This document shows positions 28,801-41,960 of a stretch of DNA of 64,000 nucleotides, in pieces. The stretch's first letter is position 1, and every line of letters begins with the position of its first letter. The stretch spans positions 24,242,001 through 24,306,000 of the forward strand of contig OZ059900.1 of assembly GCA_964057225.1 (NCBI GenBank), written 5' to 3'. Both the position numbers and the translations under genes were made by a program. The notes under the pieces are model-generated. The model was given only the letters and a program-made list of their open reading frames with translations. It did no database searches and was not told the DNA's origin. This DNA comes from Auanema rhodensis. Its lineage: Eukaryota; Animalia; Nematoda.

Positions 28801-31131
28801 CATGCAATGTCAATGAAACCTAGCTCAAAATTGTTCCTACAACGTCTAGTTCCACTTTCACGACAAAAAAACAGGGGTTAGAAAATTAAGGAAATTAGCA
28901 TATTCTGAGGGCACGCCTCTTATGGCTAATATTGATTAAATCGATTTTTGTTCATATGAGTCGTCAAATGCAACGAATTTCAGCGTGTTACATACTAAAA
29001 TGAAGCATTTTACATGCTGAACACTATAAAAATACAAAAACACAGTATTTCCCATGAGAAATATTTTATTATGCTGGAAAACCAGTTTTTGGAAATTTCG
29101 CTGTAAACAAGGTTTTGACTTACGATTTCATGTGTTCAAACTCATGCAATGTCAATGAAACCTAGCTCAAAATTGTTCCTACAACGTCTAGTTCCACTTT
29201 CACGACAACAAAACAGGGGTTAGAAAATTAAGGAAATTAGCATATTCTGAGGGCACGCCCCTTATGGCTAATATTGATTAAAACGATTTTTGTTCATATG
29301 AGTCGTCAAATGCAACGAATTTCAGCGTGTTACATACTAAAATGAAGCATTTCACATGCTGAACACTAGAAAAATACAAAAACACAGTATTTCCCATGAG
29401 AAATATTTTATTATGCTGGAAAACCAGTTTTTGGAAATTTCGCTGTAAACAAGGTTTTGACTTACGATTTCATGTGTTCAAACTCCTGCAATGTCAATGA
29501 AACCTAGCTCAAAATTGTTCGTACAACGTCTAGTTCCACTTTCACGACAAAAAAACAGGGGTTAGAAAATTAAGGAAATTAGCATATTCTGAGGGCACGC
29601 CCCTTATGGCTAATATTGATAAATCGATTTTTGTTCATATGAGTCGTCAAATGCAATTAATTTCAGCGTGTTACATACTAAAATGAAGCATTTTACATGC
29701 TGAACACTAAAAAAATACAAAAACACAGTATTTCCCATGAGAAATATTTTATTATGCTGGAAAACGAGTTTTTGGAAATTTCGCTGTAAACAAGGTTTTG
29801 ACTTACGATTTCATGTGTTCAAACTCATGCAATGTCAATGAAACCTAGCTCAAAATTGTTCCTACAACGTCTAGTTCCACTTTCACGACAAAAAAAGAGG
29901 GGTTAGAAAATTAAGGAAATTAGCATATTCTGAGGGCACGCCCTTTATGGCTAATATTGATTAAATCGATTTTTGTTCATATGAGTCGTCAAATGCAACG
30001 AATTTCAGCGTGTTACATACTAAAATGAAACATTTTACATGCTGAACACTAAAAAAATACAAAAACACAGTATTTCCCATGAGAAATATTTTATTATGCT
30101 GGAAAACGAGTTTTTGGAAATTTCGCTGTAAACAAGGTTTTGACTTACGATTTCATGTGTTCAAACTCATGCAATGTCAATGAAACCTAGCTCAAAATTG
30201 TTCCTACAACGTCTAGTTCCACTTTCACGACAAAAAAACAGGGGTTAGAAAATTAAGGAAATTAGCATATTCTGAGGGCACGCCCCTTATGGCTAATATT
30301 GATTAAATCGATTTTTGTTCATATGAGTCGTCAAATGCAACGAATTTCAGCGTGTTACATACTAAAATGAAGCATTTTACATGCTGAACACTAGAAAAAT
30401 ACAAAAACACAGTATTTCTCATGAGAAATATTTTATTATGCTGGAAAACCAGTTTTTGGAAATTTCGCTGTAAACAAGGTTTTGACTTACGATTTCATGT
30501 GTTCAAACTCATGCAATGTCAATAAAACCTAGCTCAAAATTGTTCGTACAACGTCTAGTTCCACTTTCACGACAAAAAAACAGGGGTTAGAAAATTAAGG
30601 AAATTAGCATATTCTGAAGGCACGCCCCTTATGGCTAATATTGATTAAATCGATTTTTGTTCATATGAGTCGTCAAATGCAACGAATTTCAGCGTGTTAC
30701 ATACTAAAATGAAGCATTTTACATGCTGAACACTATAAAAATACAAAAACACAGTATTTCCCATGAGAAATATTTTATTATGCTGGAAAACCAGTTTTTG
30801 GAAATTTCGCTGTAAACAAGGTTTTGACTTACGATTTCATGTGTTCAAACTCATGCAATGTCAATGAAACCTAGCTTAAAATTGTTCCTACAACGTCTAG
30901 TTCCACTTTCACGACAACAAAACAGGGGTTAGAAAATTAAGGAAATTAGCATATTCTGAGGGCACGCCCCTTATGGCTAATATTGATTAAATCGATTTTT
31001 GTTCATATGAGTCGTCAAATGCAACGAATTTCAGCGTGTTACATACTAAAATGAAGCATTTCACATGCTGAACACTAGAAAAATACAAAAACACAGTATT
31101 TCCCATGAGAAATATTTTATTATGCTGGAAA
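22828..31131 (-). repeat. Inverted satellite block (8304 bp, about 24.3 monomers)
   Basis: The sequence becomes the reverse complement of the monomer (for example GGCACGCCCCTTATGGCTAATATTGATTAAATC). The length fits 304 + 23x342 + 138 bp minus four 1-bp deletions = 8304. Confidence 0.98.
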
Positions 31132-31136
31132 TTTCA
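31127..31136. other. Right inversion junction
   Basis: The junction reads TATGCTGGAAA|TTTCATTTTAG. The reverse strand runs down to monomer position 205 (31131) and the forward strand resumes at position 280 (31132). Confidence 0.92.
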
Positions 31137-31441
31137 TTTTAGTATGTAACACGCTGAAATTCGTTGCATTTGACGACTCATAGGAACAAAAATCGATTTA
31201 ATCAATATTAGCCATAAGGGGCGTGCCCTCAGAATATGCTAATTTCCTTAATTTTCTAACCCCTGTTTTTTGTCGTGAAAGTGGAACTAGACGTTGTAGG
31301 AACAATTTTGAGCTAGGTTTCATTGACATTGCATGAGTTTGAACACATGAAATCGTAAGTCAAAACCTTGTTTACAGCGAAATTTCCAAAAACTGGTTTT
31401 CCAGCATAATAAAATATTTCTCATGGGAAATACTGTGTTTT

Positions 31442-31454
31442 ATTTTTTTTTATT
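31442..31454 (+). other. 13-bp A/T insertion in the monomer T-tract (copy 1)
   Basis: TGTG-TTTTATTTTTTTTTATTT-G replaces the usual TGTG-TTTTT-G. The monomer at 31195-31548 is 354 bp (+13, -1). Confidence 0.9.
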
Positions 31455-32480
31455 TGTATTTTTATAGTGTTCAGCATGTAAAATGCTTCATTTTAGTATG
31501 TAACACGCTGAAATTCGTTGCATTTGACGACTCATATGAACAAAAATCGATTTAATCAATATTAGCCATAAGGGGCGTGCCCTCAGAATATGCTAATTTC
31601 CTTAATTTTCTAACCCCTGTTTTTTTGTCGTGAAAGTGGAACTAGACGTTGTACGAACAATTTTGAGCTAGGTTTTATTGACATTGCATGAGTTTGAACA
31701 CATGAAATCGTAAGTCAAAACCTTGTTTACAGCGAAATTTCCAAAAACTGGTTTTCCAGCATAATAAAATATTTCTCATGAGAAATACTGTGTTTTTGTA
31801 TTTTTCTAGTGTTCAGCATGTAAAATGCTTCATTTTAGTATGTAACACGCTGAAATTCGTTGCATTTGACGATTCATATGAACAAAAATCGATTTAATCA
31901 ATATTAGCCATAAGGGGCGTGCCCTCAGAATATGCTAATTTCCTTAATTTTCTAACCCCTGTTTTTTTGTCGTGAAAGTGGAACTAGACGTTGTACGAAC
32001 AATTTTGAGCTAGGTTTCATTGACATTGCATGAGTTTGAACACATGAAATCGTAAGTCAAAACCTTGTTTACAGCGAAATTTCCAAAAACTGGTTTTCCA
32101 GCATAATAAAATATTTCTCATGGGAAATACTGTGTTTTTGTATTTTTATAGTGTTCAGCATGTAAAATGTTTCATTTTAGTATGTAACACGCTGAAATTC
32201 GTTGCATTTGACGACTCATATGAACAAAAATCGATTTAATCAATATTAGCCATAAAGGGCGTGCCCTCAGAATATGCTAATTTCCTTAATTTTCTAACCC
32301 CTCTTTTTTTGTCGTGAAAGTGGAACTAGACGTTGTAGGAACAATTTTGAGCTAGGTTTCATTGACATTGCATGAGTTTGAACACATGAAATCGTAAGTC
32401 AAAACCTTGTTTACAGCGAAATTTCCAAAAACTGGTTTTCCAGCATAATAAAATATTTCTCATGGGAAATACTGTGTTTT

Positions 32481-32493
32481 ATTTTTTTTTATT
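32481..32493 (+). other. 13-bp A/T insertion (copy 2)
   Basis: The identical insertion lies 1039 bp (3x342+13) downstream of copy 1. Confidence 0.9.
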
Positions 32494-35400
32494 TGTATTT
32501 TTATAGTGTTCAGCATGTAAAATGCTTCATTTTAGTATGTAACACGCTGAAATTCGTTGCATTTGACGACTCATATGAACAAAAATCGATTTAATCAATA
32601 TTAGCCATAAGGGGCGTGCCCTCAGAATATGCTAATTTCCTTAATTTTCTAACCCCTGTTTTTTTGTCGTGAAAGTGGAACTAGACGTTGTACGAACAAT
32701 TTTGAGCTAGGTTTTATTGACATTGCATGAGTTTGAACACATGAAATCGTAAGTCAAAACCTTGTTTACAGCGAAATTTCCAAAAACTGGTTTTCCAGCA
32801 TAATAAAATATTTCTCATGAGAAATACTGTGTTTTTGTATTTTTCTAGTGTTCAGCATGTAAAATGCTTCATTTTAGTATGTAACACGCTGAAATTCGTT
32901 GCATTTGACGATTCATATGAACAAAAATCGATTTAATCAATATTAGCCATAAGGGGCGTGCCCTCAGAATATGCTAATTTCCTTAATTTTCTAACCCCTG
33001 TTTTTTTGTCGTGAAAGTGGAACTAGACGTTGTACGAACAATTTTGAGCTAGGTTTCATTGACATTGCATGAGTTTGAACACATGAAATCGTAAGTCAAA
33101 ACCTTGTTTACAGCGAAATTTCCAAAAACTGGTTTTCCAGCATAATAAAATATTTCTCATGGGAAATACTGTGTTTTTGTATTTTTATAGTGTTCAGCAT
33201 GTAAAATGTTTCATTTTAGTATGTAACACGCTGAAATTCGTTGCATTTGACGACTCATATGAACAAAAATCGATTTAATCAATATTAGCCATAAAGGGCG
33301 TGCCCTCAGAATATGCTAATTTCCTTAATTTTCTAACCCCTCTTTTTTTGTCGTGAAAGTGGAACTAGACGTTGTAGGAACAATTTTGAGCTAGGTTTCA
33401 TTGACATTGCATGAGTTTGAACACATGAAATCGTAAGTCAAAACCTTGTTTACAGCGAAATTTCCAAAAACTGGTTTTCCAGCATAATAAAATATTTCTC
33501 ATGGGAAATACTGTGTTTTTGTATTTTTATAGTGTTCAGCATGTAAAATGCTTCATTTTAGTATGTAACACGCTGAAATTCGTTGCATTTGACGACTCAT
33601 ATGAACAAAAATCGATTTAATCAATATTAGCCATAAAGGGCGTGCCCTCAGAATATGCTAATTTCCTTAATTTTCTAACCACTGTTTTTTTGTCGTGAAA
33701 GTGGAACTAGACGTTGTAGGAACAATTTTGAGCTAGGTTTCATTGACATTGCATGAGTTTGAACACATGAAATCGTAAGTCAAAACCTTGTTTACAGCGA
33801 AATTTCCAAAAACTCGTTTTCCAGCATAATAAAATATTTCTCATGGGAAATACTGTGTTTTTGTATTTTTTTAGTGTTCAGCATGTAAAATGCTTCATTT
33901 TAGTATGTAACACGCTGAAATTAATTGCATTTGACGACTCATATGAACAAAAATCGATTTAATCAATATTAGCCATAAGGGGCGTGCCCTCAGAATATGC
34001 TAATTTCCTTAATTTTCTAACCCCTGTTTTTTTGTCGTGAAAGTGGAACTAGACGTTGTACGAACAATTTTGAGCTAGGTTTCATTGACATTGCATGAGT
34101 TTGAACACATGAAATCGTAAGTCAAAACCTTGTTTACAGCGAAATTTCCAAAAACTGGTTTTCCAGCATAATAAAATATTTCTCATGGGAAATACTGTGT
34201 TTTTGTATTTTTATAGTGTTCAGCATGTAAAATGTTTCATTTTAGTATGTAACACGCTGAAATTCGTTGCATTTGACGACTCATATGAACAAAAATCGAT
34301 TTAATCAATATTAGCCATAAAGGGCGTGCCCTCAGAATATGCTAATTTCCTTAATTTTCTAACCCCTCTTTTTTTGTCGTGAAAGTGGAACTAGACGTTG
34401 TAGGAACAATTTTGAGCTAGGTTTCATTGACATTGCATGAGTTTGAACACATGAAATCGTAAGTCAAAACCTTGTTTACAGCGAAATTTCCAAAAACTGG
34501 TTTTCCAGCATAATAAAATATTTCTCATGGGAAATACTGTGTTTTTGTATTTTTATAGTGTTCAGCATGTAAAATGCTTCATTTTAGTATGTAACACGCT
34601 GAAATTCGTTGCATTTGACGACTCATATGAACAAAAATCGATTTAATCAATATTAGCCATAAAGGGCGTGCCCTCAGAATATGCTAATTTCCTTAATTTT
34701 CTAACCACTGTTTTTTTGTCGTGAAAGTGGAACTAGACGTTGTAGGAACAATTTTGAGCTAGGTTTCATTGACATTGCATGAGTTTGAACACATGAAATC
34801 GTAAGTCAAAACCTTGTTTACAGCGAAATTTCCAAAAACTCGTTTTCCAGCATAATAAAATATTTCTCATGGGAAATACTGTGTTTTTGTATTTTTTTAG
34901 TGTTCAGCATGTAAAATGCTTCATTTTAGTATGTAACACGCTGAAATTAATTGCATTTGACGACTCATATGAACAAAAATCGATTTAATCAATATTAGCC
35001 ATAAGGGGCGTGCCCTCAGAATATGCTAATTTCCTTAATTTTCTAACCCCTGTTTTTTTGTCGTGAAAGTGGAACTAGACGTTGTACGAACAATTTTGAG
35101 CTAGGTTTCATTGACATTGCATGAGTTTGAACACATGAAATCGTAAGTCAAAACCTTGTTTACAGCGAAATTTCCAAAAACTGGTTTTCCAGCATAATAA
35201 AATATTTCTCATGGGAAATACTGTGTTTTTGTATTTTTCTAGTGTTCAGCATGTGAAATGCTTCATTTTAGTATGTAACACGCTGAAATTCGTTGCATTT
35301 GACGACTCATATGAACCAAAATCGATTTAATCAATATTAGCCATAAGGGGTGTGCCCTCAGAATATGCTAATTTCCTTAATTTTCTAACCCCTGTTTTGT

Positions 35401-35665
35401 TGTCGTGAAAGTGGAACTAGACGTTGTAGGAACAATTTTGAGCTAGGTTTCATTGACATTGCATGAGTTTGAACACATGAAATCGTAAGTCAAAACCTTG
35501 TTTACAGCGAAATTTCCAAAAACTGGTTTTCCAGCATAATAAAATATTTCTCATGGGAAATACTGTGTTTTTGTATTTTTATAGTGTTCAGCATGTAAAA
35601 TGCTTCATTTTAGTATGTAACACGCTGAAATTCGTTGCATTTGACGACTCATATGAACAAAAATC

Positions 35666-36078
35666 GATTTAATCAATATTAGCCATAAGAGGCGTGCCCT
35701 CAGAATATGCTAATTTCCTTAATTTTCTAACCCCTGTTTTTTTGTCGTGAAAGTGGAACTAGACGTTGTAATAACAATTTTGAGCTAGGTTTCATTGACA
35801 TTGCATGAGTTTGAACACATGAAATCGTAAGTCAAAACCTTGTTTACAGCGAAATTTCAAAAACTGGTTTTCCAGCATAATAAAATATTTCTCATGGGAA
35901 ATACTGTGTTTTTGTATTTTTCTAGTGTTCAAAAACTGGTTTTCCAGCATAATAAAATATTTCTCATGGGAAATACTGTGTTTTTGTATTTTTCTAGTGT
36001 TCAGCATGTAAAATGCTTCATTTTAGTATGTAACACGCTGAAATTCGTTTCATTTGACGACTCATATGAACAAAAATC
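35666..36078 (+). repeat. 413-bp variant monomer with 72-bp internal tandem duplication (copy 1)
   Basis: The unit TTCAAAAACTGG...TAGTG occurs at 35856-35927 and 35928-35999. One C is deleted (TTTCC to TTTC). Linked variants are AGAGG, TTGTAATAAC and CGTTTCA. Confidence 0.95.
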
Positions 36079-39000
36079 GATTTAATCAATATTAGCCATA
36101 AGGGGCGTGCCCTCAGAATATGCTAATTTCCTTACTTTTCTAACCCCTGTTTTTTTGTCGTGAAAGTGGAACTAGACGTTGTAGGAACAATTTTGAGCTA
36201 GGTTTCATTGACATTGCATGAGTTTGAACACATGAAATCGTAAGTCAAAACCTTGTTTACAGCGAAATTTCCAAAAACTGGTTTTCCAGCATAATAAAAT
36301 ATTTCTCATGGGAAATACTGTGTTTTTGTATTTTTATAGTGTTCAGCATGTAAAATGTTTCATTTTAGTATGTAACACGCTGAAATTCGTTGCATTTGAC
36401 GACTCATATGAACAAAAATCGATTTAATCAATATTAGCCATAAAGGGCGTGCCCTCAGAATATGCTAATTTCCTTAATTTTCTAACCCCTGTTTTGTTGT
36501 CGTGAAAGTGGAACTAGACGTTGTAGGAACAATTTTGAGCTAGGTTTCATTGACATTGCATGAGTTTGAACACATGAAATCGTAAGTCAAAACCTTGTTT
36601 ACAGCGAACTTTCCAAAAACTGGTTTTCCAGCATAATAAAATATTTCTTATGGGAAATACTGTGTTTTTGTATTTTTCTAGTGTTCAGCATGTGAAATGC
36701 TTCATTTTAGTATGTAACACGCTGAAATTCGTTGCATTTGACGACTCATATGAACAAAAATCGATTTAATCAATATTAGCCATAAGGGGCGTGCCCTCAG
36801 AATATGCTAATTTCCTTAATTTTCTAACCCCTGTTTTGTTGTCGTGAAAGTGGAACTAGACGTTGTAGGAACAATTTTGAGCTAGGTTTCATTGACATTG
36901 CATGAGTTTGAACACATGAAATCGTAAGTCAAAACCTTGTTTACAGCGAAATTTCCAAAAACTGGTTTTCCAGCATAATAAAATATTTCTCATGGGAAAT
37001 ACTGTGTTTTTGTATTTTTCTAGTGTTCAGCATGTAAAATGCTTCATTTTAGTATGTAACACGCTGAAATTCGTTGCATTTGACGACTCATATGAACAAA
37101 AATCGATTTAATCAATATTAGCCATAAGGGGCGTGCCCTCAGAATATGCTAATTTCCTTAATTTTCTAACCCCTGTTTTTTGTCGTGAAAGTGGAACTAG
37201 ACGTTGTAGGAACAATTTTGAGCTAGGTTTCATTGACATTGCATGAGTTTGAACACATGAAATCGTAAGTCAAAACCTTGTTTACAGCGAAATTTCCAAA
37301 AACTGGTTTTCCAGCATAATAAAATATTTCTCATGGGAAATACTGTGTTTTTGTATTTTTATAGTGTTCAGCATGTAAAATGCTTCATTTTAGTATGTAA
37401 CACGCTGAAATTCGTTGCATTTGACGACTCATATGAACAAAAATCGATTTAATCAATATTAGCCATAAGGGGCGTGCCCTCAGAATATGCTAATTTCCTT
37501 AATTTTCTAACCCCTGTTTTTTTGTCGTGAAAGTGGAATTAGACGTTGTAGGAACAATTTTGAGCTAGGTTTCATTGACATTGCATGAGTTTGAACACAT
37601 GAAATCGTAAGTCAAAACCTTGTTTACAGCGAAACTTCCAAAAACTGGTTTTCCAGCATAATAAAATATTTCTCATGGGAAATACTGTGTTTTTGTATTT
37701 TTATGGTGTTCAGCATGTAAAATGCTTCATTTTAGTATGTAACACGCTGAAATTCGTTGCATTTGACGACTCATATGAACAAAAATCGATTTAATCAATA
37801 TTAGCCATAAGGGTCGTGCCCTCAGAATATGCTAATTTCCTTAATTTTCTAACCCCTGTTTTTTTGTCGTGAAAGTGGAACTAGACGTTGTAGGAACAGT
37901 TTTGAGCTAGGTTTCATTGACATTGCATGAGTTTGAACACATGAAATCGTAAGTCAAAACCTTGTTTACAGCGAAATTTCCAAAAAGTGGTTTTCCAGCA
38001 TAATAAAATATTTCTCATGGGAAATACTGTGTTTTTGTATTTTTCTAGTGTTCAGCATGTAAAATGCTTCATTTAAGTATGTGACACGCTGAAATTCGTT
38101 GCATTTGACGACTCATATGAACAAAAATCGATTTAATCAATATTAGCCATAAGGGGCGTGCCCTCAGATTATGCTAATTTCCTTAATTTTCTAACCCCTG
38201 TTTTTTGTCGTGAAAGTGGAACTAGACGTTGTAGGAACAATTTTGAGCTAGGTTTCATTGACATTGCATGAGTTTGAACACATGAAATCGTAAGTCAAAA
38301 CCTTGTTTACAGCGAAATTTCCAAAAACTGGTTTTCCAGCATAATAAAATATTTCTCATGGGAAATACTGTGTTTTTGTATTTTTCTAGTGTTCAGCATG
38401 CAAAATACTTCATTTTAGTATGTAACACGCTGAAATTCGTTGCATTTGACGACTCATATGAACAAAAATCGATTTAATCAATATTAGCCATAAGGGGCGT
38501 GCCCTCAGAATATGCTAATTTCCTAAATTTTCTAACCCCTGTTTTTTTGTCGTGAAAGTGGAACTAGACGTTGTACGAACAATTTTGAGCTAGGTTTCAT
38601 TGACATTGCATGAGTTTGAACACATGAAATCGTAAGTCAAAACCTTGTTTACAGCGAAATTTCCAAAAACTCGTTTTCCAGCATAATAAAATATTTCTCA
38701 TGGGAAAAACTGTGTTTTTGTATTTTTCTAGTGTTCAGCATGTAAAATGCTTCATTTTAGTATGTAACACGCTGAAATTCGTTGCATTTGACGACTCATA
38801 TGAACAAAAATCGATTTAATCAATATTAGCCATAAGGGGCGTGCCCTCAGAATATGCTAATTTCCTTAATTTTCTAACCCCTGTTTTTTTGTCGTGAAAG
38901 TGGAACTAGACGTTGTACGAACAATTTTGAGCTAGGTTTCATTGACATTGCATGAGTTTGAACACATGAAATCGTAAGTCAAAACCTTGTTTACAGCGAA

Positions 39001-39496
39001 ATTTCCAAAAACTGGTTTTCCAGCATAATAAAATATTTCTCATGGGAAATACTGTGTTTTTGTATTTTTCTAGTGTTCAGCATGTGAAATGCTTCATTTT
39101 AGTATGTAACACGCTGAAATTCGTTGCATTTGACGACTCATATGAACCAAAATCGATTTAATCAATATTAGCCATAAGGGGTGTGCCCTCAGAATATGCT
39201 AATTTCCTTAATTTTCTAACCCCTGTTTTGTTGTCGTGAAAGTGGAACTAGACGTTGTAGGAACAATTTTGAGCTAGGTTTCATTGACATTGCATGAGTT
39301 TGAACACATGAAATCGTAAGTCAAAACCTTGTTTACAGCGAAATTTCCAAAAACTGGTTTTCCAGCATAATAAAATATTTCTCATGGGAAATACTGTGTT
39401 TTTGTATTTTTATAGTGTTCAGCATGTAAAATGCTTCATTTTAGTATGTAACACGCTGAAATTCGTTGCATTTGACGACTCATATGAACAAAAATC

Positions 39497-39909
39497 GATT
39501 TAATCAATATTAGCCATAAGAGGCGTGCCCTCAGAATATGCTAATTTCCTTAATTTTCTAACCCCTGTTTTTTTGTCGTGAAAGTGGAACTAGACGTTGT
39601 AATAACAATTTTGAGCTAGGTTTCATTGACATTGCATGAGTTTGAACACATGAAATCGTAAGTCAAAACCTTGTTTACAGCGAAATTTCAAAAACTGGTT
39701 TTCCAGCATAATAAAATATTTCTCATGGGAAATACTGTGTTTTTGTATTTTTCTAGTGTTCAAAAACTGGTTTTCCAGCATAATAAAATATTTCTCATGG
39801 GAAATACTGTGTTTTTGTATTTTTCTAGTGTTCAGCATGTAAAATGCTTCATTTTAGTATGTAACACGCTGAAATTCGTTTCATTTGACGACTCATATGA
39901 ACAAAAATC
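39497..39909 (+). repeat. 413-bp variant monomer (copy 2)
   Basis: Same duplication and linked SNPs, offset +3831 from copy 1. The ORF track gives an identical pair of translations here. Confidence 0.95.
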
Positions 39910-41960
39910 GATTTAATCAATATTAGCCATAAGGGGCGTGCCCTCAGAATATGCTAATTTCCTTAATTTTCTAACCCCTGTTTTTTTGTCGTGAAAGTGG
40001 AACTAGACGTTGTAGGAACAATTTTGAGCTAGATTTCATTGACATTGCATGAGTTTGAACACATGAAATCGTAAGTCAAAACCTTGTTTACAGCGAAATT
40101 TCCAAAAACTGGTTTTCCAGCATAATAAAATATTTCTCATGGGAAATACTGTGTTTTTGTATTTTTCTAGTGTTCAGCATGTAAAATGCTTCATTTTAGT
40201 ATGTAACACGCTGAAATTCGTTTCATTTGACGACTCATATGAACAAAAATCGATTTAATCAATATTAGCCATAAGGGGCGTGCCCTCAGAATATGCTAAT
40301 TTCCTTAATTTTCTAACCCCTGTTTTTTTGTCGTGAAAGTGGAACTAGACGTTGTAGGAACAATTTTGAGCTAGATTTCATTGACATTGCATGAGTTTGA
40401 ACACATGAAATCGTAAGTCAAAACCTTGTTTACAGCGAAATTTCCAAAAACTGGTTTTCCAGCATAATAAAATATTTCTCATGGGAAATACTGTGTTTTT
40501 GTATTTTTATAGTGTTCAGCATGTAAAATGTTTCATTTTAGTATGTAACACGCTGAAATTCGTTGCATTTGACGACTCATATGAACAAAAATCGATTTAA
40601 TCAATATTAGCCATAAAGGGCGTGCCCTCAGAATATGCTAATTTCCTTAATTTTCTAACCCCTGTTTTGTTGTCGTGAAAGTGGAACTAGACGTTGTAGG
40701 AACAATTTTGAGCTAGGTTTCATTGACATTGCATGAGTTTGAACACATGAAATCGTAAGTCAAAACCTTGTTTACAGCGAACTTTCCAAAAACTGGTTTT
40801 CCAGCATAATAAAATATTTCTCATGGGAAATACTGTGTTTTTGTATTTTTCTAGTGTTCAGCATGTAAAATGCTTCATTTTAGTATGTAACACGCTGAAA
40901 TTCGTTGCATTTGACGACTCATATGAACAAAAATCGATTTAATCAATATTAGCCATAAGGGTCGTGCCCTCAGAATATGCTAATTTCCTTAATTTTCTAA
41001 CCCCTGTTTTTTTGTCGTGAAAGTGGAACTAGACGTTGTAGGAACAGTTTTGAGCTAGGTTTCATTGACATTGCATGAGTTTGAACACATGAAATCGTAA
41101 GTCAAAACCTTGTTTACAGCGAAATTTCCAAAAACTGGTTTTCCAGCATAATAAAATATTTCTCATGGGAAATACTGTGTTTTTGTATTTTTCTAGTGTT
41201 CAGCATGTAAAATGCTTCATTTTAGTATGTAACACGCTGAAATTCGTTGCATTTGACGACTCATATGAACAAAAATCGATTTAATCAATATTAGCCATAA
41301 GGGGCGTGCCCTCAGAATATGCTAATTTCCTTAATTTTCTAACCCCTGTTTTTTGTCGTGAAAGTGGAACTAGACGTTGTAGGAACAATTTTGAGCTAGG
41401 TTTCATTGACATTGCATGAGTTTGAACACATGAAATCGTAAGTCAAAACCTTGTTTACAGCGAAATTTCCAAAAACTGGTTTTCCAGCATAATAAAATAT
41501 TTCTCATGGGAAATACTGTGTTTTTGTATTTTTATAGTGTTCAGCATGTAAAATGCTTCATTTTAGTATGTAACACGCTGAAATTCGTTGCATTTGACGA
41601 CTCATATGAACAAAAATCGATTTAATCAATATTAGCCATAAGGGGCGTGCCCTCAGAATATGCTAATTTCCTTAATTTTCTAACCCCTGTTTTTTTGTCG
41701 TGAAAGTGGAATTAGACGTTGTAGGAACAATTTTGAGCTAGGTTTCATTGACATTGCATGAGTTTGAACACATGAAATCGTAAGTCAAAACCTTGTTTAC
41801 AGCGAAACTTCCAAAAACTGGTTTTCCAGCATAATAAAATATTTCTCATGGGAAATACTGTGTTTTTGTATTTTTATAGTGTTCAGCATGTAAAATGCTT
41901 CATTTTAGTATGTAACACGCTGAAATTCGTTGCATTTGACGACTCATATGAACAAAAATC

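Noticed and set aside
22828-31131. Transposon or invertible element with terminal inverted repeats
   Set aside because: The block has no non-satellite sequence, target-site duplication, recombinase or reciprocal crossover sites.
22828-31131. Inversion as a pure sequencing fold-back artefact
   Set aside because: This is considered unlikely but not excluded. The mirrored sides differ by several variants, the block has its own internal duplication, and two distinct junctions are present. Read-level confirmation is still needed.
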